Source: Ophelia neglecta (lineage: Eukaryota). Taken from it: 64,000 nt of DNA. Made by a program: the position numbers and the translations under genes. The stretch covers positions 80,786,001 to 80,850,000 of the forward strand of contig OZ260664.1 of assembly GCA_965285935.1 (NCBI GenBank), in the 5' to 3' direction. The stretch's first letter is position 1. Each line of letters starts with the position of its first letter. The notes beneath the pieces were generated by a model. It did no database searches, had not been told where the DNA came from, and saw only the letters and a program-made list of their open reading frames with translations. Positions 62,201-64,000 of the stretch are shown piece by piece.

Positions 62201-63868
62201 GCGGGCCTCACGTACAAGGCGTGCACAACACAGGTACAAGATTAGACGTATTTAAAGCTAACTATCGATTCCTGCAGGAACATGGCCTAGAAAATGAGGA
62301 AGTGAAAGAAAAATTACAGAAAGCGAACTGCATTATAGTTGACGGTGGTAAGAAATTAGTGCAAGCTAAGCAGACTGCTTTAAACATGTACGATAGTGAA
62401 GAGATCAGGCCTTACCTTTACAAGGTTCCGATGGAACTGGGTGAGTTCCAACGACTGTTCCAGACTTTGGGGTCTACAGACAGGGCCTCTGTTGACCAAT
62501 ATGCGGGAGTACTGGACAGCATCAGAAAGTTAGTTGGCAGAGAAGCTCTGACTCCCAATGAGCTGAAACTTGCCTACAAGGCAGTCAGAGGGCTGCTGGA
62601 CACATTAGAAAACACGGCTTCCTCGCGCAATGTCAGTGTTGGCAGCCTGTATTTACCCAGCGAAGACGGCCGGCTGATGGAAGCAACAAGGCTGGTGTTT
62701 AATGATTCACCTTCATTCTACGACCGTGTGAAGGATTTCGGCTTGCACTTTGTTGTAGACCTGAAGGAATGCGGCTTCCAGTCCAGGACGGCAGAGGAGG
62801 TACTTCGGATACTGCCACAGCGTCTGAGACCCGGTATGCTCAGGTGAGTGACGAATTTTAACTCACCCATGCAAAAAAAAAGGTTCTCCCCGTATTGAAT
62901 ATTTTGGCTGGTTTGGTGCACCAGTTTATTTCAGTTTAGGCTACATCGGTCCTTTTTTTATGATTCAATAATGCTAAAACCCGTATTGTTGAGTAAAAAT
63001 AACAGATTTGTAGGATAGATTTGTTCTGCTTAAACAAAGTTGAAATCTGATATTTTGTAACATATTTTCACTTTTAGTGCATATGTTCGAGAAGTTTTGA
63101 TTGACCGTGCTAAAAGTGTAACAACTGAGGGACTGGCTGCTCATCTCAACAACAGACTGAAGTCCGAGAGCTTCTTGATAGCAGTTGCAAGGCTGATGAG
63201 GCATGAGGCTCACAGGTATTGACATAAAGTCTTTGTCAACAGAGACATGTATTAGCTATTTAATATAAAAAGTGTACTTGAACTGTTGTATACAGTAAAA
63301 GTTCATAAGCATTGTTTTGTGTAAAACAAAGGACACCATGTTAGCATTAAAAGCCTCTGTTTACCTACTTCAAATATTGTTTTCATCAGAAGTGGAAGAA
63401 GTGCAGAAGAGCCCAAGATGTATTCAGTTCTTGACAGGCTAAGCACAATCAATGTCTTTGGGGTAAAAGAAGTCATTACTCAACTGACGTTTAAGGACAA
63501 ATCAGTGGCTGGATCAGAGATGGAAAAAGTTTGCTTTGTTGAAAAGGTGAGTGTTTCCACGTTAGCTCTAAACTATTGCAGGTCTGAAGAGTATAGTTGA
63601 TGGATTTTGGATTAATGATAATGACAGTAGCAAGGACGATTTCATAATAACGGCTTAGTTTGTAATGCCCAACAATATTTTGTTTCAGGTGCCAGGCGCG
63701 CATGCGGACATATTCTTGTGGAGAGTTTACATTAAGAATGACTCAAGTCTCAGTCAGGACCTTTTGATTCCTCTAGCCGAGGTCATCAATACCATATTGT
63801 CAGGCTTGTTACGGGACTCCGTTTTGTACCTGCTACCCATTCTAGCCTGCAAGGAAACCGAGATACAG
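41286..63868 (+). CDS. SACS: Sacsin-like giant chaperone (three HSP90-like sacsin repeat regions), 3' end beyond the window
   Basis: First coding exon either 41286-41307 or 41773-41812 (both phase 1). Then 46967-47061, 47771-47881, 48814-48961, 49238-50445 (GC donor), 52016-52149, 52375-52649, 53075-62843, 63078-63215, 63390-63546, 63689-63868, all phase-compatible. Three copies of KE(L/I)IQNA(E/D)DA, GPAL..YNN..FT, G(R/K/Q)(F/Y)G(L/V)GF, T(L/I)FR.PLR and C(F/Y)LPLP...LP(I/V)H(V/I)N. Confidence 0.93.
41857..42006 (+). repeat. 5' LTR (150 bp)
   Basis: tgtctcaatatg...cttgaaaca, identical by eye to 46501-46650; contains aataaa. Confidence 0.97.
42007..42019 (+). other. Primer binding site, tRNA-Leu type
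   Basis: tggtggcagcggt directly after the 5' LTR, complementary to the 3' end of tRNA-Leu(AAG/UAG) (...ACCGCUGCCACCA). Confidence 0.85.
42358..46384 (+). CDS. Gag-Pol polyprotein with a +1 frameshift at ~45784-45787 in the integrase C-terminal region
   Basis: Mag-type double zinc knuckle CKYCGKSH...[21 protein letters not shown]; protease IDSGAT; [18 protein letters not shown]; RNase [13 protein letters not shown]; integrase H-H-C-C, GVDLF, SDN, NGKVE. Removing one T from ggagtttgga restores [25 protein letters not shown] into ORF 45854-46384 (ends [18 protein letters not shown]). Confidence 0.92.
46488..46500 (+). other. Polypurine tract
   Basis: aaagaagggagga immediately before the 3' LTR. 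Confidence 0.9.
46501..46650 (+). repeat. 3' LTR (150 bp)
   Basis: Identical to the 5' LTR; followed by TSD cagat. Confidence 0.97.
49100..49170 (+). mobile_element. 5'-truncated SINE/retroposon tail with 17-bp target-site duplication
   Basis: 71-nt insert ...atgaccatataagtgttgaaagccacataaaac...(aacc)n flanked by ttttacctaccttataa at 49083-49099 and 49171-49187. Confidence 0.8.
51494..51585. mobile_element. Short pogo/Tc1-like MITE remnant
   Basis: tacagtgaaatc ... gatttccactgt imperfect inverted ends next to a TA run. Confidence 0.45.
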
Positions 63869-64000
63869 GTATACAACCAATGCTTGGCCTAATATGGAAT
63901 AGAATATAAATCCTACAGAGTTGCTTTTGCAATTGTGATCAATTATATTTAAAAAAAAAAATAGCAAAATAGTAACCCAAACACTAGCAGTGTTTTCAAC

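Noticed and set aside
53139-62921. Numerous short antisense or alternative-frame ORFs in sacsin (and similarly in gag-pol)
   Set aside because: Expected shadows of long coding sequence; no recognisable motifs.

Overview
Eukaryotic (animal) genomic DNA: AT-rich, with spliceosomal introns and a repeat repertoire suggesting a marine invertebrate, probably lophotrochozoan; the species cannot be determined from sequence alone. From left to right the window holds six main elements. (1) A minus-strand, ~3,000-aa type II membrane SEA-domain mucin (cytoplasmic N-terminus, TM, SEA, ~2,680-aa Thr/Ser/Pro tail) whose reading frame continues past the stop as ~2 kb of decayed mucin-like sequence. (2) A degenerate L2/CR1-type LINE. 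(3) A single-coding-exon rhodopsin-class peptide GPCR. (4) TTC12 (minus) head-to-head with IFT57 (plus) across a short shared promoter with an RFX X-box-like motif. (5) A sacsin-like gene (plus, runs off the window end) with a ~9.8-kb exon. (6) In sacsin's 5' intron, a young Mag-like Ty3/Gypsy element with identical 150-bp LTRs, a 5-bp TSD and one frameshift in integrase. Also present are a Helentron-associated (HINE-like) element with internal tandem repeats, several MITEs, a truncated SINE with a 17-bp TSD and two GC-AG introns. There are no rRNA, tRNA or CRISPR features. The most unusual system is the inverted mucin, whose repeat array appears to grow in the centre and decay at the free C-terminal end. 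Exon models were built by eye from splice signals and frame continuity.
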